A DNA stretch of 38,872 nt from Octopus sinensis (Eukaryota), in the NCBI RefSeq assembly GCF_006345805.1, contig NW_021835733.1:1-38872 (forward strand). Direction: 5' to 3'. The notes beneath the pieces were generated by a model, which saw nothing but the letters and a program-made list of their open reading frames with translations, had not been told where the DNA came from and searched no databases. Numbering within the stretch: the first letter of the stretch is position 1; each line of letters opens with the position of its first letter. Below are positions 1-11,936 of the stretch, one piece after another. Both the position numbers and the translations under genes were made by a program.

Positions 1-220
1 TAATTATATATACGCATATGAATATATACATGTGTGTGTGAGGGGCTATATATGTGTGGGAGTGTGGAGTATTATCTCTCTCAAATTTATTGAATAAAGA
101 AGAAAATAATAACCCATTCCAGAGGGCGAACAACGACAAAAACATCTTAATTGACGAAGAAAATAATAAGATGCAATATCGACAGCACCTGAACCAATTT
201 ACAACGCACGCCTACATTAT

Positions 221-1055
221 ACACACGAGCTGGTATCGCAAGGTTCCCAGATAAATTGCGTTTAATTTTAAAAAATAACTTACTTGCCGCAGTTTTAATA
301 TCATCTCCTTCGAAATAATCACCTTGCACAGCAATGTACCGGTCCCAGTGTTCCTCCCACTCTTGGAACCCGGCCTGGAAATCGTTTTTAAAATAGCTCT
401 TTCTTCCCGTTTGAAGGAAGGAGTGACGATATTGACGATAGATTCGGCTGATAAACCGACTCGTCCCACACGTGACAGCAGTCGTTCGACATAAGCCCAC
501 AGGTCGGAAATGGTTGGACGCTGCACGAGTGCGTGCAGAACGGTTTCGTCGCTCTGACCGCATGTCGAGGATCTTATGCGATTCGCTCTTGATCTTGACA
601 ACGGTGTTAAAACAGGGACCTTTGAGCTGAGCTGCATTTTAATCTTGGAGAAGAGATGGAAGTCCGCAGGTGCTAAATTTGGCGAATAGTGTGGGGTGAG
701 TGCAACAGCTATACCGTGTTTCTTTTGACGCGAAACTCACGAGTGAGCAGCGCTGGAAGAAGAATCCAATACTTCACGCTCCATACATCCGGTCGCTTTC
801 ACCGAATGTCCTCCCTCAATCGCCTGAAAACGTCTCAGTAGTACTTTATGTTGACGTCCTGGCCCTGGGGCACGAATTCTCGATGCACAGTACCACATTT
901 CCGGGGTTGACGCTTGTAACATGTCTTCTGCATCTTCCACCGTCTTCATGGACGTTTTTTCTTCGCTTTTGAAGCGCCTCTGCCACTCTAAACCTTGCGT
1001 ACCACCCATTGCCTCGCCGCGGTAAGCTTACCGAAGCATTCCCAATTCAATATCT
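221..1055 (-). mobile_element. Decayed, internally deleted mariner-type (Tc1/mariner) DNA transposon
   Basis: Minus-strand frames give LGMLR*AYRGEAMGGTQGLEWQRRFKS (N-terminal HTH region), HYSPNLAPADFHLFSKIKMQL (mariner YSPDLAP motif) and NDFQAGFQEWEEHWDRYIAVQGDYFEGD (typical C-terminus). There are stops and frameshifts. A TIR-like end follows a TA at about 219-250. Confidence 0.9.
390..563 (-). mobile_element. L1/Tx1-clade ORF2 C-terminal zinc-knuckle fragment inserted inside the mariner
   Basis: It interrupts the mariner between ...KILD and NDFQAG. It translates CGQSDETVLHALVQRPTISDLWAYVE, matching the C..C...ET..H...C knuckle of L1-clade ORF2 with the last C changed to R. Confidence 0.7.
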
Positions 1056-1243
1056 CTGAGGCAGACGTCTCAAGTGAACGTGATGAAAATCGCAGACTAC
1101 AACAAAAACACAATTACCACATGTATGTATATATACACATGCAAACCTGAAACGGACGAATTATATGATTCCAAAATACCACTATTTGGTTTGAGTTAGT
1201 TCATTATTAAAACTATGTGTGTGTGTGTGTGTGTGTGTATATA

Positions 1244-1425
1244 TAAAATACAAAATGGGACAAGAACGCAAAACATCCGAACAGCTAAGGAACAACAAAA
1301 CATTCAGATAAATGATACAAAGAAAAGAAGGACGGGACATGCGAAATTTTCTTTCTTCAGTCTAGTACCAGATTATCCTCGCAATTTCGGCTGATTAATC
1401 TTCAGCTTGCTCTAATCTGGCCAAT
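1244..1425 (-). repeat. Unclassified short interspersed repeat family A, copy 1
   Basis: Its reverse complement aligns with 8961-9089 (gattaatcagccgaaattgcgaggat...gactgaaga...atgtcccgtcc...ttcttgtccc). Both copies end at CA/TA microsatellites. Confidence 0.7.
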
Positions 1426-1484
1426 CCCACGCAATGGGGCTGAACCTGGAACCATGTGGTTGGTAAGCAAGCTACTTACGACAC
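1426..1484 (-). mobile_element. SINE family 1, 5' head fragment
   Basis: Matches the head of the full copies (gaacctggaaccatgtggttggtaagcaagctacttac). Confidence 0.75.
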
Positions 1485-1963
1485 ATTATATATATATTCC
1501 GTTCATTTCCGCACGTGTCTTCCTTGGATTTTGTATTATAATCTAATATTTTTAATATTTAAATATAAATTACATTATACTTTTTATATGAAGTGTTGTT
1601 AAATAGATATCATTCTGTTTTTATACGAATCAATTCGGAATTTTATATTACATTTTACTCTAATTAACTAACACCGTTTAGGATAATGGTTGGGCCATGA
1701 AATATAATTTATTTTTTCTAGCTTGAATTATGAGATATGTTTCCGAGTGATTCTTTGCTAATAATGTTTAAAGAACTTCTATATGTATCTCATATGTAAT
1801 AAATTGGTTCAGGTGGCTTCTCTATTGAGGTTTATGTTTGGTTTTGGTTGGTCTATTAAATATAATTCTGTTTCGACACAATCTTCTTAGATTGATGCCT
1901 ATCTTTAAATTATAAGCTCGAAGCTGTCGTTATTAAGAATATACATATATATATATACGTATG

Positions 1964-1994
<31 letters not shown>

Positions 1995-2249
1995 AGAAAA
2001 CATGTATATATATATTAGAAGAAAACATGTATATATATACATGCATATAAATATATATATATATACATATACATGTATATACACATATATACATATACAT
2101 GTACACACACAAAAACATATATGTATATACATATATATGTATATATATGCTTTTGTGTGTGTATATGTAATCATATTTATATTTTCTCATAATACCATTT
2201 GTTTGTTGTTTGTGCAACTTCTTTCTAAATAAATATGTTGGTGGTTTGC

Positions 2250-3200
2250 TTTAATAATTATAACTGCTCATTTTGACTACTGAAAACTGTATTTATTATA
2301 GATATCCTTCATAAAACTGTACGGAATATCAGAAAATCAAAGAAGATATGCTACTACATCACTAATATTTTATTCTAATATGTCTTCCATTGCAATAAGT
2401 TAAAATATTTTACCAATTTCTTGATTCCCTCCTCAAAGTTTTATGCTGTGCAAATGTCTTTCTTAGAAGCTTAAACGTTCTTTCAAATAACAACCTCATC
2501 AAATAATTTTCGAAATATAAGTCATTCTTTCTGATCTTTTGGTTTATCTTAACTGCTGAAAACTAAAACACTGGTTCGACAAATGCTTCAAGATTTAAAT
2601 ACCTTTTATTGTACAAAATTCTCTCCCCTTACGCCTAGCTTTGACAGACGTTTTTTCATTAAAAAAATTAAAAGGTTCTCTTTATTTTCTAAAAGTTTTC
2701 ACTATTTTCTGGAAATTTTGACAGCAAGAAATTTGCATCATTTGGTACAAATTCTATTTTTGTTATAAATATATTTTTGTTTGATCTATGTTTATTATCA
2801 GGTTTTGTATATCTCGTTTGATCTGGTGTTGTTCTTTTACATGGTCAGAGTCGGTTTGCTGGAGATCTGAGCTGTCAATATACAAACCATAAATACATTT
2901 CTCCAAAATTATTTTCAAAGAAATATTTGATTAGCCCCTGGCAAAGTAGTAGGACAGAACCGACAAAAAGTAAACATTTTTCAATTGCTCGCAGCATTGA
3001 CAAAATCTGGTATTACCATGTATTTACTATATGCAGAAAATTATTTTAACTGTCAAAAGAATTATGCAAACGAGAAAATATTTTAGAAGTTTTCTCAGTA
3101 AATGCTTCGATATCACTTGGTCAGAGGTCACCAATTTTTTGGAGAATCTAGCAAAGAATTGCATCCCAGTCAATGCAAACTAGGTTTCTTCCGAGGTTTA
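2250..3200 (-). mobile_element. Possible highly decayed hAT transposase remnant
   Basis: Scattered, frameshifted minus-strand peptides (SD-TK*, W-YQILS, FDEVVI..ERL) are in the order expected for hAT transposases. The signal is weak. Confidence 0.3.
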
Positions 3201-5384
3201 ATTAGTGTGTTATATTATAAGGCATATAAGGCACAAAAAGAAAATTACTCTCCCCAGACACAACAGAAAATGCTTCAACACACGAACTCATATAAAGAAT
3301 CTTGCAAACCAAATCCAGAACGAAATATATAATATATATATATATATAATATATATATATATATATAATATACACATATATATATACGTATATGTATCTA
3401 CGGATATCATGTGTTATATGAGATAAGCATGATGTATATATACGCATATACTTATACATCTTACTTATGTGTACATATATACATACATTCATATATATAT
3501 CTTTGTTGTGTAGTTGTTACAAGAAAGAAAACCTTGAGTGTATTTTATATTCTATATTCCAAGACTTGCACATGCAGTTGTTGTACGTCTGTGAAACTCT
3601 TCATTAATTATTATCTCATACCTGTATAACTGCCTCAAGACTGCCATTGTATTTAATAAAGGATATGGAATAATTAATAGAGTGGATGGGAACTTGGAAT
3701 CACCGAAGCAAGTTTAACAATAGAAATGCGGTCTAATGCACCAAACTTTCATAAATATGCATGTGTGGAAGAGCAGCGCAGAGAAAACAAAAAGAAATGG
3801 AGAAAAAATAAAAAAACAGCGAAAGAAAATATGAAGAGAAAATGTGTAAGAGAAAAATGGCTATAAGAATTAAAGTCGAACCGTTGCTATATTCTGGCCA
3901 ATAGTAAAGGAAAGAAATGGGAAGAAAATAACATTCCATCATATGTAAATAAGAACATTATATGTAGTTTGTCTGTATGACTGCACTTCTATACGTTAGC
4001 AAGAGAATAAATTCTTATAAATCTGTTATTGTTTTTATTCTTTTATTTTAGTGTTGTATTTGTTTATCGTTGCTTTTTCTTTTTGTTTTTGTTTTTTTTT
4101 TTTTCCTTTTCCGTTTCGTTTATTTTTCTTTGTTCTTTCTTTTTGCTTTTACCTCGGAAAAAAAAACGAAATATATATATAAAAAAATGAGAAATAGTCT
4201 ATAATACATATTATCAAGTTTTGTATTGTTCAGTTTCAGAGCAGAATAATGGACATTTTTCAAATGGGTTTTATGTGCGTATATTTTGCATTTTGAACGC
4301 ATATCAAACAATATGCAAATCTGAAGAGGAGAATAGTAATCTGTCGAACGTAAATCTGAATAAATGAATTGTTATTCCGATATTCACCATCAACAACGTC
4401 GACACCACCAACAGTAGCAATCGAAATCCACACCCCGACCCCCAAAACAGAAGGTTATCGTGAACAAGGACACCGTATGTGTCATATTCTTTACATACAG
4501 TAGTCTTGGTTGTCGTAACAACCAACTGAACCAATGGATATTTACCAACTTAAAAGGAGACGACAAAGTAGAAAATTTTGCGTTTTGTGAACTGTACATT
4601 TCTTTTAATGGTCTCAAATGTAATTTTCTTCCAAATGTAGATTTATATATCCGAGGAAAATAAGAGAGGCAGAGTCAGTAAATAAATTTAAGAATTCATC
4701 ATTTTTATGATTAAGCAAATCATTTTTTACTATCATGCAATAATTGTCACGTGGTTCAATAACATGGATAATAAAGATAACAATCACCTTTGAAATCTAA
4801 GCAGTCCCATTCTTCTGTAACTAATTCCCTTTTTAAAGATGCTCCAGTTTTCTGTAGAACCTATATTGAATAAGTATTGATGTTATTATACGGCTCTGAA
4901 ATCATTTACAATAATACTTTGGTGGCGAAATGTATTGATCAGGTGTTCTTTTGATGTAAGCACGGGATTTCATGTTGGGTTGAAGTTTGTGAACTAATAG
5001 GATTGTGCATCTCATACTTCACAACAGATTCCACGTTGCCAAATTCAGTCTCTTCCACAAAAATTGGTTCGCCATTCTACGACGTATTTATAGCCACACA
5101 ATAGAAGCTGTTGGGAAGTTGTTCATTAAGATATTCAAAGACATACATGTAAAGATCACAGTTGATGTTAATCTAAATAAAGTTAATCTGTAGGTTTAAC
5201 TGAGGTGATTTGCCGGTTTCTCGGCCCTCCACTTAGTTTTAGATCCTCTTCTATTGCTCGTGATGTGGCGGAGTTGGTGGCATCGAAGGCGAGGTTATTT
5301 TGTTTGCTTTCCTTTTGGCTCGGTGAATCCAAAAATGCTTTGGAAGCATTTTTGGATTCCAAAGCAAAGTAATGGCGAACTTCT

Positions 5385-5515
5385 GCTGACTCTTTCTCCA
5401 CAACTTTCTCTCACTCTATTCCTCCTGCATCTTGCAGCTCACCTGCGACGGACCGGCGTCCCGTCCAGGTGGGGAACCTATACGCCAAGGAAACCGGGAA
5501 ACCGGCCCTATGCTC
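5385..5515 (+). mobile_element. SINE 3' fragment related to the 22808-23188 family, with a different downstream module
   Basis: Shares actctttc.ccacaactttctctcactct with 22960-22990, then continues ...gacggaccggcgtcccgtccaggtggggaacctatacgccaaggaaaccggg. Confidence 0.6.
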
Positions 5516-6002
5516 CACAAGGGGCAAAAAAATGATTAAGAAGATCAGGCTGTATAATTTCAATCAAAAAATATTCCATCACCCTAAACGAACCAATGCT
5601 TTACTTACGACTAAAATACTAAATACAATTAAAGTAAAATACGCTGTAACTCTCCATTATCTCAAAGAATATCAAAATTCTCCACCCCCACCCCACCTCC
5701 TCTCCTGTTTTTTTTTATCGATTTTAAGTTTTCTTTCGTTTTTGCTATTCCCATGATTACTTTAATCTTTGTCGATTATGATTCATTTCACTTAAAATTT
5801 TAAATTGTTTTTTTTTTGTAATATTTTTCTTAATCATTATTTATAATTAATGTTCTTGCACTTTAGGCTTTGACCAGCGTTTGCAAATGTAAAAAAAAAA
5901 GAAGAAATGAAAACTGTACGAGAGATGAAATGAAACTCTTTAGCCATCCAAGTAGAAGACAATACTTGAATTGAGATTCGTTAAGCGAGACGACAGAACA
6001 CA

Positions 6003-6150
6003 GGAGAAGAAGAAGAAGAAGAAGAAGAAGAAGAAGGAGGAGGAGGAGAGGAGGAGGAGGAGGGGAGCGGGAGCGGGGAGGAGCGGAGGAGGACGAGGAG
6101 GAAGGAGAGGACGAGGAGGACGAGGTGGTGGTGGTGGTGGTGGTGGTGGT
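6003..6150. repeat. Compound trinucleotide microsatellite (GAA)n-(GAG)n-(GGT)n
   Basis: Read directly from the sequence. Confidence 0.95.
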
Positions 6151-6589
6151 TCCTGAGATGTTTTCGAGATGTAAAAAGTTTGGTTTAATACGCTTGCCTT
6201 TGTGTCCATGCAATAAATCTTTCCACTTGTATATTTTGATATATTGGTCACTTATTTGCATGGAAACGGACGGAGCATGCGTGTTTTCATGCTGTAGTTG
6301 TTATGTCTGTAATTGTTACTCTTGTTCTTGCTGTTGTTACTGATGTTGTGGCTTTGTTGCTGTTGTTTTTAGCCCAAGATTAACTTTCGTCGCTAACAAC
6401 TAACACTTCTGAAGTGTCACTTGACAAAACTGACAACATCAGGTCGGCTTTTCCTTTCGTCATTTCGGAATCGATCAAATAAATACCCGCTGAGCACTGG
6501 AGTCGATGTAATCGATTTAGCCCCACCACATAAACCACTGCTGGGGTTGTGCCAATATTTGAAACCATTATTGTTATTGTTATTGTTAT

Positions 6590-6868
6590 AGACGTCGCAC
6601 AGTATACAATATCGTGAGGCAGTTGATTGGAGATATCGTGTCTACCGGGGGTTTGTACTGTCCGTCAAGTCACAACAAGGACCCCAGACAGACAGTACTT
6701 TACGCAATATGCGTACAGTTCCAAATAATGCCGACTTTTGCAATATAGCTAGATTGTAGGGTATCTCTAAGGTTTTCAGATGTATTTTTTTAGATTGGGT
6801 GGTATTGAACCCAATGCTCCGATGACAATAGCGATATTGTTCGACTTTATGTTCGACTCTCGTAGCTG
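6590..6868 (-). mobile_element. 3' end of an R4/Dong-like non-LTR retrotransposon (restriction-like endonuclease group)
   Basis: With one frameshift in an A-run it reads IVIGALGSIPPNLKK-LKTLEIPYNLAILQKSALFGTVRILRKVLS, the typical C-terminus (IVIGALG...LQK..L.GT..ILRKVL). A short 3' UTR and an (ATAACA)n tail follow, and the 5' side abuts (TAA)n. Confidence 0.75.
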
Positions 6869-6874
6869 CTACAT

Positions 6875-6901
6875 CTATTATTATTATTATCATTATTGTT
6901 A

Positions 6902-6953
<52 letters not shown>

Positions 6954-6968
6954 TATTATTATTATTAT
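6875..6968. repeat. (TAT/TAA)n microsatellite
   Basis: Read directly from the sequence. Confidence 0.95.
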
Positions 6969-7492
6969 GGAGTGACACTGGGGTAAAATATACGAAACCC
7001 AGTATACCCATCATGACTAGCCGTCTGATAAAGGTACACTAGGCACATGCATCACAATCATATGTGCGCAACATGGTGATCTCATATCAAGATAAATAGC
7101 GCATGACCTTGCAGGTGAGGCCCAGTTAGAATTTTCTTCTGGTCGAGTAGCCCATCCCGCTTTAAAAGTCCCTGAATAAAGATTGTTTAAGGATGTTGAA
7201 CGAACCACCCATGTTTCCAGAGGTGAATTATTCAAACCCCAAAGAATCCCTCTCAACACACGGCTATGATGCTTCCCCACTACTTCTGCTCGTGATCAGA
7301 GATGCACATATCGTCAGCCACTAAGGGACATGGTCAACTGGTTATGGTCAAACAACTGACAAGCAAATCTGTGGTATTGAGCAGAATATTTGCTGTAGCC
7401 CATCTTTTATACCAAGACAAAACAATGTACATGACAACACTTCCAATCAGTTAAGATCAGAAGCCATGAGAACCACTGTCTGGTACTCTGCT
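6969..7492 (-). mobile_element. Non-coding interspersed repeat of about 520 bp embedded between (TAA)n arrays
   Basis: A complex-sequence block flanked on both sides by TAA arrays, with no credible ORF. I recall it as an abundant octopus repeat (unverified). Confidence 0.55.
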
Positions 7493-7496
7493 ACAT

Positions 7497-7513
7497 GTAT
7501 TATTATTTTTATC

Positions 7514-7576
<63 letters not shown>

Positions 7577-7609
7577 TTTATTTTTATTTTTATTATTATT
7601 ATTTTATTA

Positions 7610-7645
<36 letters not shown>

Positions 7646-7696
7646 CATCATTATTATTATCATTATTATTATTATTGTTGTTGTTGTTGTTGTTGT
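7497..7696. repeat. (TAT)n/(CAT)n/(TGT)n microsatellite
   Basis: Read directly from the sequence. Confidence 0.95.
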
Positions 7697-8960
7697 TTAA
7701 CAAGAATGTGTTAAGGAAAGATGAAGTGATTGTACAGTTAGTATTATTATTGCTAGCGATAATAAAACCACAACATATTGCTTCTGTCTGTAAAAGCTAC
7801 CAAAATGTTTTTGACTAGCAAAAGGACTGGAAACATTACTACAAAACATTAATACAAAAAATATCTACCACCACCACCCACCGCCACCCACCGCCACCAG
7901 CTCCAACCTTTTCAATAGATAATCCTGGTCAAACTTAGAATAGAACATTGGAAAAGAACATCCATGGAGAAAAACAAAAGCTACAAAGCAACAAATCTGA
8001 ATATAAGCGAGCGAATATGGCATCATGCACTCGAATGCGATGTGGTTGTTGTGTTGTTGCTTTCATGTGTGTATGTTTAAACGAATATTTCTTTTTTCTT
8101 ATCTCCGAACCATTATGGAAAGCTTCTTAAAGGTAAATAGAATCACTTCTGATTCTATATAAATGGGAACATTCGTAATTCTAAAGAATATAGCTGCATC
8201 CAATCGATCTGTTGTGCAGGAAAACAGTGAGAAAATGTTCAAAATACGAAGTTAATAGTTTTTTATCTGAATGCTATTAAACAAATTGTATTATTATTAT
8301 TTTTTTTTTCTGACGTTTTCCTGTGAATGTCTTATAAAATTAGCTACTTGTCTCGTTGTTGTTTTTCCTCCATATAATTGTATCTTTCTTTTACATTTCT
8401 TTCATGTATATTATTAACCATTTCTTTTTGTTGCCGTTCCCATAACGGCTTCTATTCTTGAAATATATTTCTACCTAATATTTATAGAAAGCAGTAGATG
8501 CTTATTATTTCCGTGTATAACCTTGTAAATAATAAAGACGTATAACTTAATAGGCACGATATACAAAAAAATGTCTCTTAATATTTTCCTTGTAAAAATG
8601 TAATGAATAAATAATATACGGAAAATAAACTGTTATATAGGTGTAAAGGTCTTCAATTCATACGCCGAAAATCTAATATGGTGGCACCGGAAGAGAAAAC
8701 ATCTTTTTTCTACTATATTATTCAGCAATTTTTCTCTTTGTATGACCTATTCTGAAAAAAATGAAGACATTGATATTTTAGATATTCTTAGTAGAAAAAC
8801 GGTTAATGTGCAATGATTTTAAGCTCCAACGGATACGAGAGAAGTTTAAATTTTCGATTGGGATCTTTCATGTTGTTCAATCACCGACAATTTCCGGTTA
8901 TTATGAATAAATGAGACATGTATGAGCTTTACTATGCTGACTCCCCGGGACACACAACAT

Positions 8961-9089
8961 GATTAATCAGCCGAAATTGCGAGGATGATCCGGTTCTTGA
9001 CTGAAGATTGAAGGCTTCGAATGTCCCGTCCGAGTTTTTTGTATCGTCTTCTAAATGTTTTGTGTTCTTGTCCCAGTTCGTATTCTTTT
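8961..9089 (+). repeat. Unclassified short interspersed repeat family A, copy 2
   Basis: Inverted homolog of 1244-1400. It is followed by a (CA)(TA)(GA) compound microsatellite to about 9183. Confidence 0.7.
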
Positions 9090-9155
<66 letters not shown>

Positions 9156-9556
9156 AGATAGATAATATATATATATATATATAAGAGATAAATTTTAATT
9201 TTCTTAGAAATTTTTCATGTTTCGGTTCCTCTTGAAAAATCGAACCTTATCAAAAATATTTTTAAAAGTTAAGTGTAATAAAAAAAAGTTCATAATTGTT
9301 TCTTACTAGTCTCAACAGAGTCCACGTCGTGGTGTTTTGTGGGGGGGGGGCAGTATAATGGCTGTCTTGTGCGTTGACTAGATTCGTTGGCTGTAATTGT
9401 ATATATATATATACATATACATAAAGACAAATAAATAGATAATCAGATACACTGAAATATATCAACTCTGGCATACATGACAGGAATATAGACTGTATTT
9501 AAGTTTACAATGTGCGTATGTGTGTGTACTTTTCTGTCTGCTATAGAGACGTACAC

Positions 9557-9870
9557 TTATGTATGTGTGTGCAAATATATTACATATATAGATGTATGTG
9601 TGTGCATATATATTACATATATAGATGTATGTGTGTGCATATATATATTACATATATAGATGTATGTGTGTGCAAATATATTACATATATAGATGTATGT
9701 GTGTACATATATATTACATATATAGATGTATGTGTGTGCATATATATATTACATATATAGATGTATGTGTGTGCATATATATATTACATATATAGATGTA
9801 TGTGTGTGCAAATATATTACATATATAGATGTATGTGTGTGCATATATATTACATGTATAGATGTGTGTG
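9557..9870. repeat. Minisatellite, about 31-35 bp unit (agatgtatgtgtgtgca(a/t)atatattacatatat), about 9 copies
   Basis: Tandem units read directly. Length varies in the TA tract. Confidence 0.9.
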
Positions 9871-10523
9871 TGCGCGCTTTTAGTTTTTTTGTTGTTTATG
9901 CCAACATTATTTTTGTATATTGCGTTATGTTTGTTTTCTATTTTTCATCGTCTGCCCAGACATATTAATTTTGTTATGAATACCATGTCATGTATATCAG
10001 GAACCAGTCACGTGTTTAGGGACGTTTCCGAAACGCCGAGCATCAACAGAGTCTAATCCCAATACTGTCATAAATAAACACTCTCTACTTTTGGAGTCAG
10101 AAATGGTTTTTCCTTTTGTCTATAAACTCAAATTACACACACGTACACACGGACACACTGACACACGGACACACGGACACACGGCCAACACACACGATCA
10201 AACCTACATGTATTTCTGCACATACTCATACATACACACTATGCATACCTTCATACATACATGCACACATACTTATACATAAATATATACGTACATGCAT
10301 ATATTTATATATTTTTGTAAATATGTAAACATATATAATTGCTTATATATTTGTAAATGCGTAGCATAGAATTTACGAGAGATTATCTCTATATTTGTCT
10401 ATAAAAGAACACAACTTTGTGTATTAATAACTCGTCTCAAAATCTCAAGGCAGCTAGAGGCATGTTATTGTTCAATGTCTTATATATAAGACATATTTGT
10501 GTATGTATGTTTCTAAGTATGTG

Positions 10524-10575
<52 letters not shown>

Positions 10576-11076
10576 TATACATGCATAGACACACATATAT
10601 ATGTATGTACATTATACACTTACACACACACATAGTTATTTTGTTGCTTGTTTTCCCCGATGCTGTTTCTAGTCGGTTTGTTTTTTTCGTCTAGCTAATA
10701 TGGCGTCATAATAAAGCTGTTATGCTGTTATATAATATGACGTCATCGATTTATCACAATGACCACTTCAATGAAAGAATCGGGAATACGATATTTCCGT
10801 CTGTCTTAACAAAGAGAAAATGAAGATTATACATGAGGCTCGAGTAATTTATTGTTCAACTAACATCAAATGTATTTCAGGAGTTCTTTCAACTATTTAA
10901 CTTCACAGTTAACATAAACATTTGCTTCTTAATTGATTTATTACGTAATTAAGAATCCTGTACGACCTTTATGATATATTTTAATTTTTCCTTTAGTTAA
11001 TTACGTATTAATTTATACAGCTGTCTATTTAATTGCATTAAAATATATATCTACGCAAATATACCTTAGTACGTGT

Positions 11077-11077
11077 G

Positions 11078-11162
<85 letters not shown>

Positions 11163-11164
11163 GC

Positions 11165-11232
<68 letters not shown>

Positions 11233-11248
11233 CGATAGATAGACAGAC

Positions 11249-11335
<87 letters not shown>

Positions 11336-11340
11336 CAGAC

Positions 11341-11392
<52 letters not shown>
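11077..11392. repeat. (ATAG)n/(ACAG)n tetranucleotide array
   Basis: Read directly from the sequence. Confidence 0.95.
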
Positions 11393-11394
<2 letters not shown>

Positions 11395-11925
11395 CTTTCT
11401 TTATTGACCACATAGGGCTGGACACAGAGGGGACAAATACAAATGTAGAGCTTTTCTTTTCGAAGATGGAAAAGGAAAAAGAAAAAAAAAGGTATTAAAT
11501 GTAAAATTTCGATCAACGCCTTTGTTGTAATGAAATCGCACAAGTTTGGTCCCGGACGGCAGAGTTGCTTGAAAGCAACGCGACACACGCGGTGCCATTC
11601 GCCTAGCCTTGGTCTCTGTTTGATCTGCGACTGCAGTTCGGCCAAGGAGACGAGCTGTGGGAAAGCGCGCCGCACAAACGGCGACCACACCTGTTAATCG
11701 TCGTCTATGAAGCGCAGGTATCGCAGTCTCAGCGCATGTCTACGCATCATCAACCACGGCATGCCTAGCCCTCCATTTAGCAGGGTGAAGACAGCAAATG
11801 GATCGCCTAACCATCGGAATGCTTCCCTTCCACAAGAAGTGGAAGTGTATGCTTTCCAGTTTGGTGATGGTAGAATCGGGACAAGGCACGACGGTCAGGC
11901 GGTACTCGATATTTTCATCATTATT
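11393..11925 (-). mobile_element. L1/Tx1-clade LINE fragment: post-RT ORF2 segment joined to the 3' end
   Basis: Translates YRLTVVPCPDSTITKLESIHFHFLWKGSIPMVRRSICCLHPA-NGGLGMPWL... (FLW.G...GGLG motif of L1-clade ORF2). It then jumps to a short T-rich 3' UTR ending AATAAAGAAAGTT followed by (ATCT)n. Confidence 0.8.
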
Positions 11926-11936
11926 CACGACCACTA

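Noticed and set aside
3690-4680. Possible coding exons (Lys-rich open frame near 3730-3870, and an acceptor at about 4239 with a short open frame)
   Set aside because: Short open frames in purine-biased sequence, with no recognisable protein and no consistent exon structure.
8995-9030. Hammerhead-like CTGAAGA...CGAATGTC in repeat family A
   Set aside because: It lacks GAAA and convincing stems I and II, and the second copy does not preserve the pairing.
9557-9870. Regularly spaced repeats resembling a CRISPR array
   Set aside because: The units are head to tail with no unique spacers, there are no cas genes, and the context is eukaryotic.
10010-10055. Minus-strand CTGTTGA...GAAACGTC as a hammerhead
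   Set aside because: The core A6 is missing and stem II is poor. It is explained by a small cgtttc-c-gaaacg palindrome.
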